From the NCBI GenBank assembly GCA_043765375.1, contig JAYUJH010000028.1:12332-76331 (forward strand): a stretch of DNA of 64,000 bases, read 5' to 3'. This document shows, piece by piece, positions 17,134 through 30,495 of this stretch (its first letter is position 1; each line of letters starts with the position of its first letter). Position numbers and translations under genes: made by a program. The notes below the pieces were generated by a model. The model saw nothing but the letters and a program-made list of their open reading frames with translations, did no database searches and was not told the origin of the DNA. The DNA comes from Alphaproteobacteria bacterium (lineage in GTDB: Bacteria > Pseudomonadota > Alphaproteobacteria > Rickettsiales > UBA998).

Positions 17134-18711
17134 ATGACATATAAGATTTTAGTCTCAGATAAATTAAGCCCACTTGCAGCAGAAATATTCACAAATCGTG
17201 GCTTACAGGTGGATACCAAAATAGGGTTGACTCCGCAAGAGTTAGCTGAAATTATCGGTGATTATCATGGGCTAGCAATTCGTTCAAACACGGTTGTCAC
17301 CAAGGAAATATTGGCACGGGCGACTAATTTGAAGGTGGTTGGACGGGCTGGAATTGGCGTTGATAATGTGGATATTGCAGCAGCATCAGCGCATGGCGTG
17401 GTGGTGATGAATACCCCGTTTGGTAATTCCGTGACAACGGCGGAGCATACCATCGCCATGATGATGTCATTGGCACGCAAAATCCCACAGGCGAGCAGTT
17501 CAACGCACGCTGGCAAATGGGAGAAAAATAAGTTCATGGGGGTGGAGCTTGCAGGCAAAACTCTAGGCTTGATTGGTTGTGGAAATATCGGGGCGATTGT
17601 GGCGGACAGAGCGCAGGGATTGAAAATGAAAGTGGTTGCCTACGATCCATTTTTATCGCACGAGCGGGCAGCAGATTTGAATGTACAAAAATTGGAGCTT
17701 GACGAATTATTGCAAGTGGCTGATGTCATCACGTTGCATACGCCACTAAATGCAGCAACGAAAAATATTTTGAATGAAAAAACCATAGCAAAAACCAAAA
17801 AAGGCGTGATGATTATCAATTGCGCACGGGGCGGGTTGGTTGATGAGGCGGCACTGAAAGCAGCTTTGGAGAATGGTCATGTTGGCGGGGCAGCACTTGA
17901 TGTGTTTGAGGTTGAGCCTGCGGTTGATAATGCGTTGTTTGGTATGGAGCGAGTGATTTGCACCCCACATTTGGGTGCGTCAACGGAGGAAGCACAGGTA
18001 AATGTAGCGTTGCAAGTGGCGGAACAAATGGCGGATTATTTGCTGGAAGGTTCTGTTGCAAATGCGGTGAATATGCCTTCAATTAGTGGCAGTGATGCGC
18101 TGAAATTATCACCATATTTGCGCTTATGCGAGCAGCTGGGCAGTTTCGCTGGGCAGTTGACAGAAACAGGATTGAAGGAAATACATATAGAATATCTCGG
18201 CAAGGTTGCAAAGCTGAACATTAAACCACTCACCGCAGTTGCGCTAAAAGGGTTGTTGGAGGCAATGTTCCAAGGGGTGAATATGGTCAATGCTCCCGTG
18301 ATTGCGAGTGAGCGCAACATTAAAGTGGTGGAAAGTTCTTCAGCTGATATTGCGGATTATCAAACTTTGGTGCGCATCACCGTTGTCAGTGAACGGCGCA
18401 CTCGCACCGTTGCGGGAACATTATTTGCCCGCAATCCTCGCATTGTTGAGATTAACTCAATTAATTTGGAGGCGAGTATTTCACCATTAATGTTGTTTGT
18501 TAATAATGAGGATAAAGCGGGATTAATTGGTGCGCTTGGCGGATTACTTGGTGATTCTGGCGTGAATATCGCTAACTTCCACCTCGGGCGCAACGCAGAA
18601 CGTAGCGATGCAGTGGCTTTGGTTGAAGTTGATAGCGAAGTATCAGATATTTTGCAGGCGAAAATTGCCGCATTGCCAAGTGTTAAACAAGTGCGGTTAT
18701 TGCGTTTCTAG
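17134..18711 (+). CDS. serA: D-3-phosphoglycerate dehydrogenase (long form with ASB and ACT domains)
   Basis: 525 aa. Has GLIGCGNIGAIVA NAD site, the RGGLVDEAAL..HVGGAALDVF catalytic region, and a C-terminal ACT-like segment. Confidence 0.92.
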   Translation: MTYKILVSDKLSPLAAEIFTNRGLQVDTKIGLTPQELAEIIGDYHGLAIRSNTVVTKEILARATNLKVVGRAGIGVDNVDIAAASAHGVVVMNTPFGNSVTTAEHTIAMMMSLARKIPQASSSTHAGKWEKNKFMGVELAGKTLGLIGCGNIGAIVADRAQGLKMKVVAYDPFLSHERAADLNVQKLELDELLQVADVITLHTPLNAATKNILNEKTIAKTKKGVMIINCARGGLVDEAALKAALENGHVGGAALDVFEVEPAVDNALFGMERVICTPHLGASTEEAQVNVALQVAEQMADYLLEGSVANAVNMPSISGSDALKLSPYLRLCEQLGSFAGQLTETGLKEIHIEYLGKVAKLNIKPLTAVALKGLLEAMFQGVNMVNAPVIASERNIKVVESSSADIADYQTLVRITVVSERRTRTVAGTLFARNPRIVEINSINLEASISPLMLFVNNEDKAGLIGALGGLLGDSGVNIANFHLGRNAERSDAVALVEVDSEVSDILQAKIAALPSVKQVRLLRF

Positions 18712-18861
18712 TAGAGGTTTTAATGATATTGCCGTGTGGGATTTTATAATGGTTCAACTTTTTAATTAATCCCATAAGTTAGGATTCGTAAAAAGAGAAA
18801 CCGTTATAATGGCAATCATATTTGTTTTTAGTTGGATTTTGGGTGGATAAATATTTAAGAA

Positions 18862-19977
18862 TTAACCATCTTCCAAATGCAGCAAAATCACCGTGCTGAG
18901 CAATAATGCAATTAAATATGGCGCAATAACTGATGATTGAATGGAGAGATTGCCCGCATAACCAAATGCGTGAAATAGCCCGCCCATGAAATGCAGGGTA
19001 AATCCAGCGATTACGGCAGCGCAAACCATCACCGTCATTTTGCCACGGCGGGGTGGACGCAGCGAAAATATGGCAGCGAGCAACACCATCGCCACATATG
19101 TGAATGGCGTTATGAGGATACTATACCAATATAATTTGTGACGAATTGCCGAAAATCCAGCTTTTTTTAAGGTTTCAATAAACTCCCTCAATTCCCAAAA
19201 TGATAGGGTGCGAGGCTCCGCAAAGCTATTTTGAATCTGCTTAATGCTAAGCTCAGTTGGCAAAATAAATTGCTGTTTGGGCGTTGTTTGCTTGCCGGGA
19301 ATAGATAAAATCGCAGCATTTAACCACCATTCACCTTGCTTTAATTGGGCATTTTCCGCATCAATTCTGCCGATAAACCGATTATTCTCATCAGATAGAA
19401 AAATAATTACTTGGCTCAGATTCATATCCTCTTGGCTGATATATTTCGCTTGCATAATATAATTTTTGATATTAATTGCGCCAATTTGCACCCCTTTTGT
19501 TTCCACATGACGCAACCACAACCCCGAATTGGAGATTGATAATGGTTGCTGTTCCTCCTTAATATATTTCGCCTCCAGCCGTTCATAATGTGCAATCATG
19601 GAGGCGGAAAGCGGATTTAATATGATAATACTCAAAACGCCGATGATGAAAGAAATCAACATTGCGGGCATCAAAAATCGCCAAACTGAAATGCCCGATG
19701 CTCGCACCACCACCAATTCACTGGTGCGCATCAGCCGCATCAACGACATCATAGTTGCAATCATAATGCTATAAGGGAGTAATTTCTCCGCTAAATTGGC
19801 AATTCGCAACATTGCCATTTGCAGGGTTACCCAAAATGAAATATCCTTATCCGCCACCCGACGAAACATTTCAACCACGTCAATTAGCCCCGCAATGCAA
19901 ACGATTACTCCGTAGGCAACGGCAAGGCTAAGCAGGAAGTTACGAGCGATATAGCGATATAAAATGAACGAAGTCAC
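18862..19977 (-). CDS. LPS export ABC transporter permease, LptF/LptG family (LptG-like)
   Basis: 371 aa. Has the ILYRYIARNFL N-terminus typical of YjgP/YjgQ permeases, 6 predicted TM segments and a periplasmic beta-jellyroll insert. Confidence 0.8.
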   Translation of the reverse strand: MTSFILYRYIARNFLLSLAVAYGVIVCIAGLIDVVEMFRRVADKDISFWVTLQMAMLRIANLAEKLLPYSIMIATMMSLMRLMRTSELVVVRASGISVWRFLMPAMLISFIIGVLSIIILNPLSASMIAHYERLEAKYIKEEQQPLSISNSGLWLRHVETKGVQIGAINIKNYIMQAKYISQEDMNLSQVIIFLSDENNRFIGRIDAENAQLKQGEWWLNAAILSIPGKQTTPKQQFILPTELSIKQIQNSFAEPRTLSFWELREFIETLKKAGFSAIRHKLYWYSILITPFTYVAMVLLAAIFSLRPPRRGKMTVMVCAAVIAGFTLHFMGGLFHAFGYAGNLSIQSSVIAPYLIALLLSTVILLHLEDG

Positions 19978-19995
19978 AAAATATGCGAGTGCGAA

Positions 19996-20646
19996 TTATA
20001 TTTTTTGACCAGTTGCCAACCAATCTTTGTTGAAAATGTCAAGCCCTTTCTCGGTTAGCGGATGTTCAACTAATGCACGCAACACTTTATACGGAATAGT
20101 CGCAACATCAGCACCAATTTTTGCTGCATCAACAACATGTTGCGGGCTGCGAACTGAGGCTACTAAAATCTCAGTTTCAAAGAAATAATTCTCATATATT
20201 TTAGCAATATCGGCGATTAACCCCATGCCATTTGCCCCAATATCATCAAGCCTACCAACAAATGGTGAGATGAATGCTGCACCAGCTTTTGCTGCTAGCA
20301 ATGCTTGTTGCGCTGAAAAGCAAAGCGTCACATTCACCATCAACCCTTCATCAGCGAAATGACGACACGCTTTCAGGCCGTCCCAAGTTAATGGCACTTT
20401 AATGGCGATTTTCTCTGATATTTTAGCGAGTTTCAAGCCCTCTTTCATCATGCCTTCAAAATCGTTCGCCACTACTTCTGCGCTAACGGGTCCATCAACA
20501 ATTTCGCAAATCTCGGTTATCACCTCAATCATATTGCGCCCTGATTGCTTGATTAAGCTCGGGTTGGTTGTTACACCATCAATCAATCCCAAATCATTTA
20601 GATCTTTAATTTCTTCAATATTTGCCGTATCAATAAAAAACTTCAT
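19996..20646 (-). CDS. fsa: Fructose-6-phosphate aldolase / short transaldolase (TalC/MipB family)
   Basis: 216 aa. Has [21 protein letters not shown], and the KVP Schiff-base Lys region IAIKVPLT. Confidence 0.88.
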   Translation of the reverse strand: MKFFIDTANIEEIKDLNDLGLIDGVTTNPSLIKQSGRNMIEVITEICEIVDGPVSAEVVANDFEGMMKEGLKLAKISEKIAIKVPLTWDGLKACRHFADEGLMVNVTLCFSAQQALLAAKAGAAFISPFVGRLDDIGANGMGLIADIAKIYENYFFETEILVASVRSPQHVVDAAKIGADVATIPYKVLRALVEHPLTEKGLDIFNKDWLATGQKI

Positions 20647-20662
20647 AACGTAATCCCAATTT

Positions 20663-21064
20663 TTAATATACTAATAATATTGCGTTTTCGGCTTCCACCA
20701 AGCGCATTTGCAACAGCTCAATTTGCGTTTCATCTTGCATATTACTAATTTTTTGTTGCAATTCGGTGATTTGATTTTGCAATAATTCTTTGCTTAATGC
20801 TGACTTCTCAACTAATGTTTGCGCCAAAATGGTGCAGTTATTATTCATCATGCTGAGATAACCATTATTAGCGTAATATTTTGTAACCTCACCATCTGCT
20901 TGATGCACTTCAATAATTCCAGCCCGCAATATGGTGATGATGGTGGTGTGATGTGGCAAAATACCAATATCACCCTCGGCGGCGGGTGCAACCACCATCT
21001 TCACGTCGTCGGTGAATACGCTCTGCTCGGGGGTTGCTAGATTTAGACGCAACAAATTAGCCAT
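20663..21064 (-). CDS. atpC: F0F1 ATP synthase subunit epsilon
   Basis: 133 aa. Last gene of the atpHAGDC string. Beta-sandwich N-terminus ([11 protein letters not shown]...) plus a helical C-terminus. Confidence 0.9.
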   Translation of the reverse strand: MANLLRLNLATPEQSVFTDDVKMVVAPAAEGDIGILPHHTTIITILRAGIIEVHQADGEVTKYYANNGYLSMMNNNCTILAQTLVEKSALSKELLQNQITELQQKISNMQDETQIELLQMRLVEAENAILLVY

Positions 21065-21067
21065 AAT

Positions 21068-22558
<1,491 letters not shown>

Positions 22559-23455
22559 TTAGCTCAAAGCCTCTGCGCCTGAGATAATTTCAATTAATTC
22601 CTTAGTGATTGATGCTTGCCGAGAACGATTATATTGCAAAGTCAACCTCTTAATCATGTCGCCTGCATTGCGTGATGCATTATCCATCGCTGTCATTCTC
22701 GCACCTTGCTCACTTGCTGCATTCTCAATCATCGCCCGATAAATCTGCACAGTTAGGTTGCGAGGCACAAGATCCCGCAATATGGTTTTTTGCTTAGGCT
22801 CAAAAATGCACGATGAATTATTATTACCCAAAACATCGCCTAGCGGATCTTCACTCACAGGCATTGGCATTAATTGTTGAGTTGTCACTTGTTGGGCGAT
22901 TGCGCTGATGAAACGATTATATATGATCACGCATTTGTCAATATTATGTTCAGAAATCAGCTGTTGTATCTTGGTTGCAACTAGTTCCGCATGAGAATAT
23001 TCTGGGCGAGCTTTGTATAATTCTTGCACCCGAGCGATAATATTACTACGATATTTATGCTCTAATTGTTCATATGATTTTTTGCCAACACAATATATTT
23101 TAACGATTTTCCCTTGCGCTTCAAGTTTTGCAATTTGCGCCTTAGCTTCCCGCACGATTGAGGAATTAAATCCTCCACATAACCCTTTATCAGCGGTTGC
23201 AACCACCAACAAATGCGTTTTGTCATTACCAGTTCCCACTAGCAATTCGGGCAAACCTTGCTTACTCTCCAAATTGGCAACCACTGATTGCAACATTTGC
23301 TCCATCGCTTCAGAATATGGACGAGATGCTTCAGCTTGTTCTTTGGCACGGCGCAACTTTGCTGCCGCAACCATTTTCATCGCTTTGGTGATTTTTTGCG
23401 TGTTTTTAACGCTCCCAATCCTAACTTTTAAGTCCTTTAATGATGGCATATTCAA
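22559..23455 (-). CDS. atpG: F0F1 ATP synthase subunit gamma
   Basis: 298 aa. Has MPSLKDLKVRIGSVKNTQKITKAMKMVAAAKLRRA and ...ITKELIEIISGAEAL. Confidence 0.97.
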   Translation of the reverse strand: MNMPSLKDLKVRIGSVKNTQKITKAMKMVAAAKLRRAKEQAEASRPYSEAMEQMLQSVVANLESKQGLPELLVGTGNDKTHLLVVATADKGLCGGFNSSIVREAKAQIAKLEAQGKIVKIYCVGKKSYEQLEHKYRSNIIARVQELYKARPEYSHAELVATKIQQLISEHNIDKCVIIYNRFISAIAQQVTTQQLMPMPVSEDPLGDVLGNNNSSCIFEPKQKTILRDLVPRNLTVQIYRAMIENAASEQGARMTAMDNASRNAGDMIKRLTLQYNRSRQASITKELIEIISGAEALS

Positions 23456-24991
23456 TTATCCAAGCAATTTCAACACAGCTTCAATCACCAATTTTAATTT
23501 GGCTTCTGTCGCATCAGTTAATTTCTGCTCCGCACGAATATCCGCTAAAATCGCTTGATTAGTGGTGCGTAAATCTTGCAATAACGCCTTTTCAAAATCA
23601 CCGACTTTGTTCGCTGGAGTTGCATCAAGGTGACCTTTCACCCCCGCATAAATCACACAAACCTGCTCTTCCACCAACAAAGGGGAATATTGCGGTTGCT
23701 TGAGCAATTCGGTTAAACGTTGGCCACGAGCAAGCAATTTCTGCGTTGCAGGATCAAGATCCGAACCAAATTGAGAGAATGCCGCCATTTCACGATATTG
23801 CGCCAATTCCAACTTAATTGAACCCGCAACTTGTTTCATTGCCTTGATTTGCGCTGCTGAACCTACACGACTAACCGACAAACCAACATTCACTGCGGGG
23901 CGAATCCCTTTATAAAACAACTCAGTTTCCAAGAAAATCTGCCCATCGGTAATGGAAATTACGTTAGTTGGAATATAAGCTGATACATCGCCCGCTTGCG
24001 TCTCAATTATTGGCAGTGCAGTAAGCGATCCCGCCCCCATCGCATCAGACATTTTTGCTGCCCGCTCTAGCAAACGAGAATGAATATAAAACACATCACC
24101 TGGATATGCTTCACGCCCCGGTGGACGACGCAATAACAATGACATTTGACGATAAGCCACTGCTTGCTTGGACAAATCATCATAAATTATGGTTGCGTGC
24201 ATACCATTATTGCGGAAATATTCACCCATCGCACAACCAGTATAAGGCGCAAGAAATTGCAATGGTGCTGGGTCAGATGCAGTTGCTGCCACCACTATAG
24301 TATAAGCCATTGCACCATTTTCTTCCAGTTTTTTCACCACCTGCGCCACGGTTGAACGCTTTTGCCCAATCGCCACATAAATACAAAACATTTTAGCCGA
24401 ATCATTTGTTCCCGCTGCTTGATTTGTTGGGCGTTGATTGAGAATAGTATCAATCGCAATCGCCGTTTTGCCCGTTTGCCTATCCCCAATTATCAATTCA
24501 CGTTGCCCCCGCCCAATCGGAATTAACGCATCAATTGATTTAATTCCCGTTTGCACTGGCTCATGCACTGATTTTCGTGCAATAATCCCTGGAGCTTTCA
24601 CTTCAACAAGGCTGCGCTCATTGGAATCAATTTCTCCTTTGCCATCAATTGGGTTGCCTAGCGCATCAACAACTCGTCCTAGCAATCCCTTACCAACTGG
24701 AACATCAACAATCGCCTTGGTGCGCCGAACAGTTTCGCCTTCACGCACCATTCTGTCATCACCAAAAATAACCACCCCAACACTATCAGTGTTAAGGTTT
24801 AACGCCATTCCTTTGATTCCGCTAGTGAACTCAACCATTTCACCTGCTTGCACATTATCCAAGCCATAAATAATCGCCACTCCGTCACGCACTGAAAGCA
24901 CTTGACCAACTTCCGCCATATCAATTTTTGCACCAAGCCCTTGAAGTTGTGACTTTAGAATCTGTGATATTTCTGCCGCTTGCATCGCCAT
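23456..24991 (-). CDS. atpA: F0F1 ATP synthase subunit alpha
   Basis: 511 aa. Has Walker A GDRQTGKT and the conserved ...[32 protein letters not shown]. Confidence 0.98.
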   Translation of the reverse strand: MAMQAAEISQILKSQLQGLGAKIDMAEVGQVLSVRDGVAIIYGLDNVQAGEMVEFTSGIKGMALNLNTDSVGVVIFGDDRMVREGETVRRTKAIVDVPVGKGLLGRVVDALGNPIDGKGEIDSNERSLVEVKAPGIIARKSVHEPVQTGIKSIDALIPIGRGQRELIIGDRQTGKTAIAIDTILNQRPTNQAAGTNDSAKMFCIYVAIGQKRSTVAQVVKKLEENGAMAYTIVVAATASDPAPLQFLAPYTGCAMGEYFRNNGMHATIIYDDLSKQAVAYRQMSLLLRRPPGREAYPGDVFYIHSRLLERAAKMSDAMGAGSLTALPIIETQAGDVSAYIPTNVISITDGQIFLETELFYKGIRPAVNVGLSVSRVGSAAQIKAMKQVAGSIKLELAQYREMAAFSQFGSDLDPATQKLLARGQRLTELLKQPQYSPLLVEEQVCVIYAGVKGHLDATPANKVGDFEKALLQDLRTTNQAILADIRAEQKLTDATEAKLKLVIEAVLKLLG

Positions 24992-25021
24992 TATAGTTTT
25001 GTCCTTGATAATTAATAATAT

Positions 25022-25603
25022 TTAATGTTGTAGTCTTTCAGAATGGTTAATCGCCACAGCTAATTGCTCACCTGCTGCCCGCAAACGACCACTCGCTGAA
25101 GCGTCCAGCTCATGCGAGCCATATTTAATTTTTAAGCCCGCAATCAGCGTTTCATCTTCACGTAACTCTAATATAACGGGCGCATTAAATGCTGTGGATA
25201 TGTTGGATTGAATTAAATTGCGTTGCTCAAGTGAAAGGGCGTGCGCTGAAGTTAATTCAATGACAATCTCACCTTTATCTTTGCGCTCCAAATCAATGAA
25301 ATATTTTTCAACCGAGCCGATCAACTGCAACCTATTATTCTGCGCCATAGCCTGCAATAGATTTGTTACCAGCGGACAAAACCCTGCTTGCGATGCAACT
25401 TGCGCTATAACCTCAACAGCTTGGGTGCGACTAGTTGTTGGATTATTGCAAAAATCCGCAAAATCATCATCGTTTTCATATAATTCACCCATCACCTGCA
25501 ACTCAGAATGAACCTGCGTCACATCGCCTGATTGCTTAGCCAAATCATATAATATATTGGCGTAATGCTTGGCTATATGTTTATCTTGAATATATGAACT
25601 CAT
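25022..25603 (-). CDS. atpH: F0F1 ATP synthase subunit delta (OSCP)
   Basis: 193 aa. First gene of the atpHAGDC string, with the IAKHYANILYDLA N-terminus. Confidence 0.85.
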   Translation of the reverse strand: MSSYIQDKHIAKHYANILYDLAKQSGDVTQVHSELQVMGELYENDDDFADFCNNPTTSRTQAVEVIAQVASQAGFCPLVTNLLQAMAQNNRLQLIGSVEKYFIDLERKDKGEIVIELTSAHALSLEQRNLIQSNISTAFNAPVILELREDETLIAGLKIKYGSHELDASASGRLRAAGEQLAVAINHSERLQH

Positions 25604-25810
25604 GCTTAATTTACTATTTTGAAAATATTATAACTTAAATATAAAAATCGTGCTTTAATGCGGATATTTACATTTAACAAAATGCTGAAACTTAAAATCA
25701 TCAATTATGCAACAATCAATAATTTTGTGTAATCTAGTTAAATCAGCACTAATTTGCAAGCAATAATTAAGATAATATTGACAAAAAAGCATTTTTTATG
25801 GTTAATATTT

Positions 25811-26740
25811 TTATAATGAGTTTGACAACATTTCCCCAGCTGATGTTGAAGCCATGAAATGTGGTGCATAAATCTTATGCGCATCATCAACAAAATGCCA
25901 TGATTTTGGGTTGGCAAATAATGCTTTCATCAATTTATTGTTAATTCCATGTCCAGGTTTTGAAGTCCGTGCTTTACCAATTATATTATGCCCCGCCAAA
26001 TAATAATCACCCAAACAATCAAGGGCTTTGTGGCGTGCATATTCATCATGAAAGCGCAAGCCATCTTCATTCATCACGCCTTCATCATTAATCACAATCG
26101 CATTATTCAGCGAACCGCCCCGAGCAAGCCCAGCTTTGCGCATTGCTTCCACATCACGCAAAAAACCGAATGTTCTCGCCCGTGAAATTGATTGCTTGAA
26201 TGACATTTCTTCCGCATCAAAATGATATTTTTGCGTGCCGATTGCCTTATGTTCAAACTCAATATCCACCTCAATAGAAAATCCCTCACTTGAAGGTTGC
26301 AACATGGCGATTGAATCTCCGTCTTGAACGATTATTGGCGCATCTATCACAATGATTTTGCGAGGCTCTTGTTGTGATTTCAAGCCAGCACACTCAATCA
26401 TGAAAGTGAATGCGTCTGAGCTTCCGTCCATGATTGGGATTTCCGCTCCCTCAATCTCAATCAGCGCATTATCCACTCCGCAACCCCACAAGGCCGCCAT
26501 TAAATGCTCAATCGTTGCCACTCGCACGCCATGCGCATTTTCCAAAACGGTGCAAAGGCGAGTATCCACCACATTTGCATAATTCGCTTTCACAAGGTTC
26601 GCTTGCGCGTCATTAATATCAGTGCGCTTAAATACAATACCGTGATTTGCGGGAGCTGGTTGCAATGAAATCGTCACATGTTCACCTTGATGCAAGCTGA
26701 TGCCGTCACATGAAATTGGTTGAGCGAGTGTATGTTGCAT
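25811..26740 (-). CDS. lpxC: UDP-3-O-acyl-N-acetylglucosamine deacetylase
   Basis: 309 aa. Has QHTL, TIEHLMAAL, EIPIMDGSS, and HKALDCLGDYYLAG..GHGINNKL. Confidence 0.95.
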   Translation of the reverse strand: MQHTLAQPISCDGISLHQGEHVTISLQPAPANHGIVFKRTDINDAQANLVKANYANVVDTRLCTVLENAHGVRVATIEHLMAALWGCGVDNALIEIEGAEIPIMDGSSDAFTFMIECAGLKSQQEPRKIIVIDAPIIVQDGDSIAMLQPSSEGFSIEVDIEFEHKAIGTQKYHFDAEEMSFKQSISRARTFGFLRDVEAMRKAGLARGGSLNNAIVINDEGVMNEDGLRFHDEYARHKALDCLGDYYLAGHNIIGKARTSKPGHGINNKLMKALFANPKSWHFVDDAHKIYAPHFMASTSAGEMLSNSL

Positions 26741-26809
26741 ATTATTCTCCTATTATCACAACATATATTACGCTGCAAAATGCTGCAATGCACTCTTTGT
26801 AACAAAATG

Positions 26810-27601
26810 TTACAGTAATATAGCAAGCATAAAAGCCCCTAATATTATACGATAATAGGCGAAAATATTGAAATCATGGCGAGTTAAATGATTGAGCAAA
26901 AACTTAACTGCTAGTATCGCCGAAATGAATGCACTAACGAACCCAATGCTTATAATTTGCACATCATCAATGCTTAAATGGTGATAATTTTTGTAAATAT
27001 CATATAAAGTTGCGGCTAACATAGTTGGAATTGCTAGCAAAAAACTAAACTCCGCTGAGCATTTGCGGTTAATTCCAAGCATTAACGATCCCATCATTGT
27101 TGCGCCAGACCTTGACGTTCCGGGGATCATCGCAATTGCTTGACATAACCCGATAATTAATGATTGTTTTAACGTAATATCCTCAATTTGTGTGATTTTT
27201 GTCACAGGCTTAATGCGCTCAATAACTAAAATAATCAATCCACCAATCACCAACATCACACAAACAATAATCGGTGAAAATAAATGTTGTTTAATAAAAC
27301 TATGCAACATCGCCCCCGCAATCGCTGCTGGCAAAAATGCGATAATGATTTTTAGTGCAATCAATCTCTCAATATTGCTATGATGCAGATTAAACAAAAT
27401 CTTGGTAATGCGATGCCTGAATAAAATGCAAATCGCCAATATCGCCCCTAATTGCACGATAATCTCAAAAATCTTACCCTTGGGAGCGTCAAACCCCAAA
27501 ATATCAATCAATAAAATCAAATGCCCCGTTGAGGAGATTGGTAAAAACTCTGTCACTCCCTCAACAATTCCAAGCAAAACAGCAATTAATATTTGCTCCA
27601 T
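26810..27601 (-). CDS. uppP: Undecaprenyl-diphosphate phosphatase
   Basis: 263 aa. Has GIVEGVTEFLPISSTGHL and PGTSRSGATM motifs. Confidence 0.95.
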   Translation of the reverse strand: MEQILIAVLLGIVEGVTEFLPISSTGHLILLIDILGFDAPKGKIFEIIVQLGAILAICILFRHRITKILFNLHHSNIERLIALKIIIAFLPAAIAGAMLHSFIKQHLFSPIIVCVMLVIGGLIILVIERIKPVTKITQIEDITLKQSLIIGLCQAIAMIPGTSRSGATMMGSLMLGINRKCSAEFSFLLAIPTMLAATLYDIYKNYHHLSIDDVQIISIGFVSAFISAILAVKFLLNHLTRHDFNIFAYYRIILGAFMLAILL

Positions 27602-27733
27602 AATAGTTTAATTTAATATGATATTAGTCATTATTTTAATGCCATCTTTGAGCTTGATATGTTCAACTTGATATAGTTTTTAATTTGATAGCAATTTTTA
27701 TTATGAGTTGCGATTTTTAGTGCAAATCTTTAT

Positions 27734-28492
27734 TTAGTGTAAGTCTTTCCATATTTTGCGTTTGCTCAAATAAAACAGAAATGTCATCACCGTTAAAAAC
27801 GCCATCACTTTCATACCCATGGTTTTGCGTTGCTCCATTTCTGGCTCGGAAGCCCATTGCAGAAAATTAGCCACATCATATGACATTTGCTTAATGCTCG
27901 CCTCTGTTCCATCTTGATATGTCACTTGACCATCAACCAGTGGGGCGGGCATGGCAATTTTGCCACCTGCCATATATGGGTTATAATATTGACCTTGCAA
28001 TAATTCAACTCCTTTTGGTGCTGGCTCATATCCTGAAAGCAATGAATACACATAATTTGCACCATCGGGGCGAGCCTTCACCATCAAGCTCAAATCTGGT
28101 GGATATGCACCATTATTCAACGAACGCCCTTGTTTCTCATTTTCATATGGCGATAGCAATTTATCTGACGCCCTACCAGCCCGCTCAAACATATCACCTT
28201 CATCATTTGGACCATCTTTAATTTGATACGAAGCTGCTAATGCTTTGACTTCTTCCTCGCTAAACCCAATTGCTTGCATATTACGAAATGCCAAGCGTTT
28301 GACCCCGTGGCAAGCTGAACATACTTCCTTATATACTTGAAAACCACGCTGCGCCGATGCTTTATCAACACTTCCGTTGAAGCCATCAAACTTCCATTGT
28401 TTTTGAATTGGGTGTTTTGCATCAGTTGAGGCATTCGCTGCCCCTGCTATAGATAACAATATCAACAAACCGCTGAAAATATTTTTCATCAC
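27734..28492 (-). CDS. petC: Cytochrome c1 (bc1 complex)
   Basis: 252 aa. Signal peptide, CSACH haem-binding motif, PPDLS, and a C-terminal TM anchor. Confidence 0.93.
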   Translation of the reverse strand: MMKNIFSGLLILLSIAGAANASTDAKHPIQKQWKFDGFNGSVDKASAQRGFQVYKEVCSACHGVKRLAFRNMQAIGFSEEEVKALAASYQIKDGPNDEGDMFERAGRASDKLLSPYENEKQGRSLNNGAYPPDLSLMVKARPDGANYVYSLLSGYEPAPKGVELLQGQYYNPYMAGGKIAMPAPLVDGQVTYQDGTEASIKQMSYDVANFLQWASEPEMEQRKTMGMKVMAFLTVMTFLFYLSKRKIWKDLH

Positions 28493-28499
28493 AATAATC

Positions 28500-29741
28500 C
28501 TAATGTTTAGCAGATTTATTCAATACTGCCTCTCCAATACTGCGAGGCAATGGCAATGGCTTTTCAATTTTACCAATCACTGGCAAAATTATTAAAAAAT
28601 AAGCGAAATAATAAGCGGTGCAAATGCGTGAACTTATCACATATATTCCATCAGCAGGCTTGCCGCCAAGGTAACCAAGCGCAATGCAGCATATTAAAAA
28701 TAACCAGAAAAATGGACGAAACAACGGACGGAAATTACCACTTCGCACTTTTGAGGTATCCAACCATGGCAACACAAACAATACTAGTATCGCACCAAAC
28801 ATGGCAAGCACCCCCCCTAACTTATCAGGAATTGCCCGCAAGATTGCATAAAACGGCAAGAAATACCACTCAGGCACAATATGCGCAGGCGTTACCATCG
28901 GATTTGCTGGAATATAATTATCAGGGTGACCAAGCGCATTTGGTGCAAAAAACACAAAATAGCTAAATATTAGGAAAAATACACCAAATCCAAAGAAATC
29001 CTTCGCCGTGTAATATGGGTGAAACGGGATTTTATCCTGCTCACCTTTCGCATCAATCCCAAGTGGATTATTTGAACCATGCTGATGCAATGCAAGCAAG
29101 TGAAAAAACACCACACCAACCATGACCAATGGCAATAAATAATGCAAAGCAAAAAAGCGGTTTAATGTTGCATTATCAACCGAAAATCCACCCCATAACC
29201 ATTTGACTATGCTCTCACCAACCAGCGGAAAAGCGGAGAATAAATTGGTGATTACCGTTGCTCCCCAAAAACTCATTTGTCCCCATGGAAGAACGTAACC
29301 CATGAAAGCTGACGCCATCATTAACAACAAAATGATGATTCCGAGCCACCATAATATTTCACGAGGGGATTTATATGAACCATAATAAAGCCCCCTGAAA
29401 ATATGTATAAACACCACCAGAAAAAACATGGACGCACCATTTGCGTGCATATATCGCACCAACCAACCATAATTCACGTCACGCATTATATGCTCAACGG
29501 AATCAAATGCCAAATCAACCTGTGGCGTATAGTGCATGGCGAGGAATATGCCCGTCAAAATCTGTGAAACTAGCAGCAATCCTGCAATTGAGCCAAAGTT
29601 CCAGAAATAATTCAAGTTGCGTGGAGTTGGATAATCCACCAATGAGTGACGAAGCGTTGAGAAAATCGGCAGACGATAATCTATCCAACCGACCACTCCC
29701 CCTTGTTGACCAGAGTTTTGTTGTTCTTGTGTTGACGCCAT
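28500..29741 (-). CDS. petB: Cytochrome b (bc1 complex)
   Basis: 413 aa. Has [15 protein letters not shown], the haem-ligand His pairs, and [13 protein letters not shown]. Confidence 0.97.
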   Translation of the reverse strand: MASTQEQQNSGQQGGVVGWIDYRLPIFSTLRHSLVDYPTPRNLNYFWNFGSIAGLLLVSQILTGIFLAMHYTPQVDLAFDSVEHIMRDVNYGWLVRYMHANGASMFFLVVFIHIFRGLYYGSYKSPREILWWLGIIILLLMMASAFMGYVLPWGQMSFWGATVITNLFSAFPLVGESIVKWLWGGFSVDNATLNRFFALHYLLPLVMVGVVFFHLLALHQHGSNNPLGIDAKGEQDKIPFHPYYTAKDFFGFGVFFLIFSYFVFFAPNALGHPDNYIPANPMVTPAHIVPEWYFLPFYAILRAIPDKLGGVLAMFGAILVLFVLPWLDTSKVRSGNFRPLFRPFFWLFLICCIALGYLGGKPADGIYVISSRICTAYYFAYFLIILPVIGKIEKPLPLPRSIGEAVLNKSAKH

Positions 29742-29746
29742 GACTA

Positions 29747-30328
29747 TTACCCTATTTTAATGTGGTTATCATCTGTGAAACTATATTGTGGAATCTCAAG
29801 GTTGCGAGGTGCAGGACCTTTGCGCACCCGCCCCGAACTATCATAATGGGAGCCGTGGCAAGGGCAGAACCAACCATCATAATCACCCGAATTGCCACCC
29901 ATCGGAACACAACCCAAATGTGTGCAAACTCCAACCATAATCAACCATTCGTCCTTGCCCTGCTTAACTCTGTCTTCATCTTTTTGTGGATCTGGCAAGG
30001 TTTTGATATCAATATTGCGAGCTTCTTCAATTTCTTTTTTAGTGCGATGACGAACAAATACTGGCTTGCCTCGCCACATTACCCTAATTTCCTGCCCCTC
30101 TTTTATATTGCTTAAATCCACCTCAGTTGATGCCATTGCTAGCACGTCCGCCGATGGATTCATGCTATCCACAAATGGCCAAATTAGTGCAACCGCCCCA
30201 AGGCCACCCATAGCTTGAGATGCTAGCACTAAAAAATCCCTACGACTTTGGTTATCAGATTGCTCAGAATGTTGCGACGCAAGCGTGAAATCTTGGCTAT
30301 TATTATGTGTTATTTTATTATCGGACAT
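29747..30328 (-). CDS. petA: Ubiquinol-cytochrome c reductase Rieske iron-sulfur subunit
   Basis: Has the Tat-like RRDFL signal, CTHLGC and CPCHGS cluster ligands. Start trimmed to ATG 30328 (MSDNKI...), because the upstream ORF extension is AT-rich junk. Confidence 0.93.
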   Translation of the reverse strand: MSDNKITHNNSQDFTLASQHSEQSDNQSRRDFLVLASQAMGGLGAVALIWPFVDSMNPSADVLAMASTEVDLSNIKEGQEIRVMWRGKPVFVRHRTKKEIEEARNIDIKTLPDPQKDEDRVKQGKDEWLIMVGVCTHLGCVPMGGNSGDYDGWFCPCHGSHYDSSGRVRKGPAPRNLEIPQYSFTDDNHIKIG

Positions 30329-30495
30329 ATAAATTATTTTGCTTGAATATAAATGTTTGATGCGAATATATAATATTTTTCTTATATTTTTATATAATAA
30401 AATATATAGCAAATAAAATGGCGAATTGCAAGCGATTATATAATGTTGTTTGGGTGCATTTGCTGCAAATTAAGCAAGATAATCATAGCCATCAT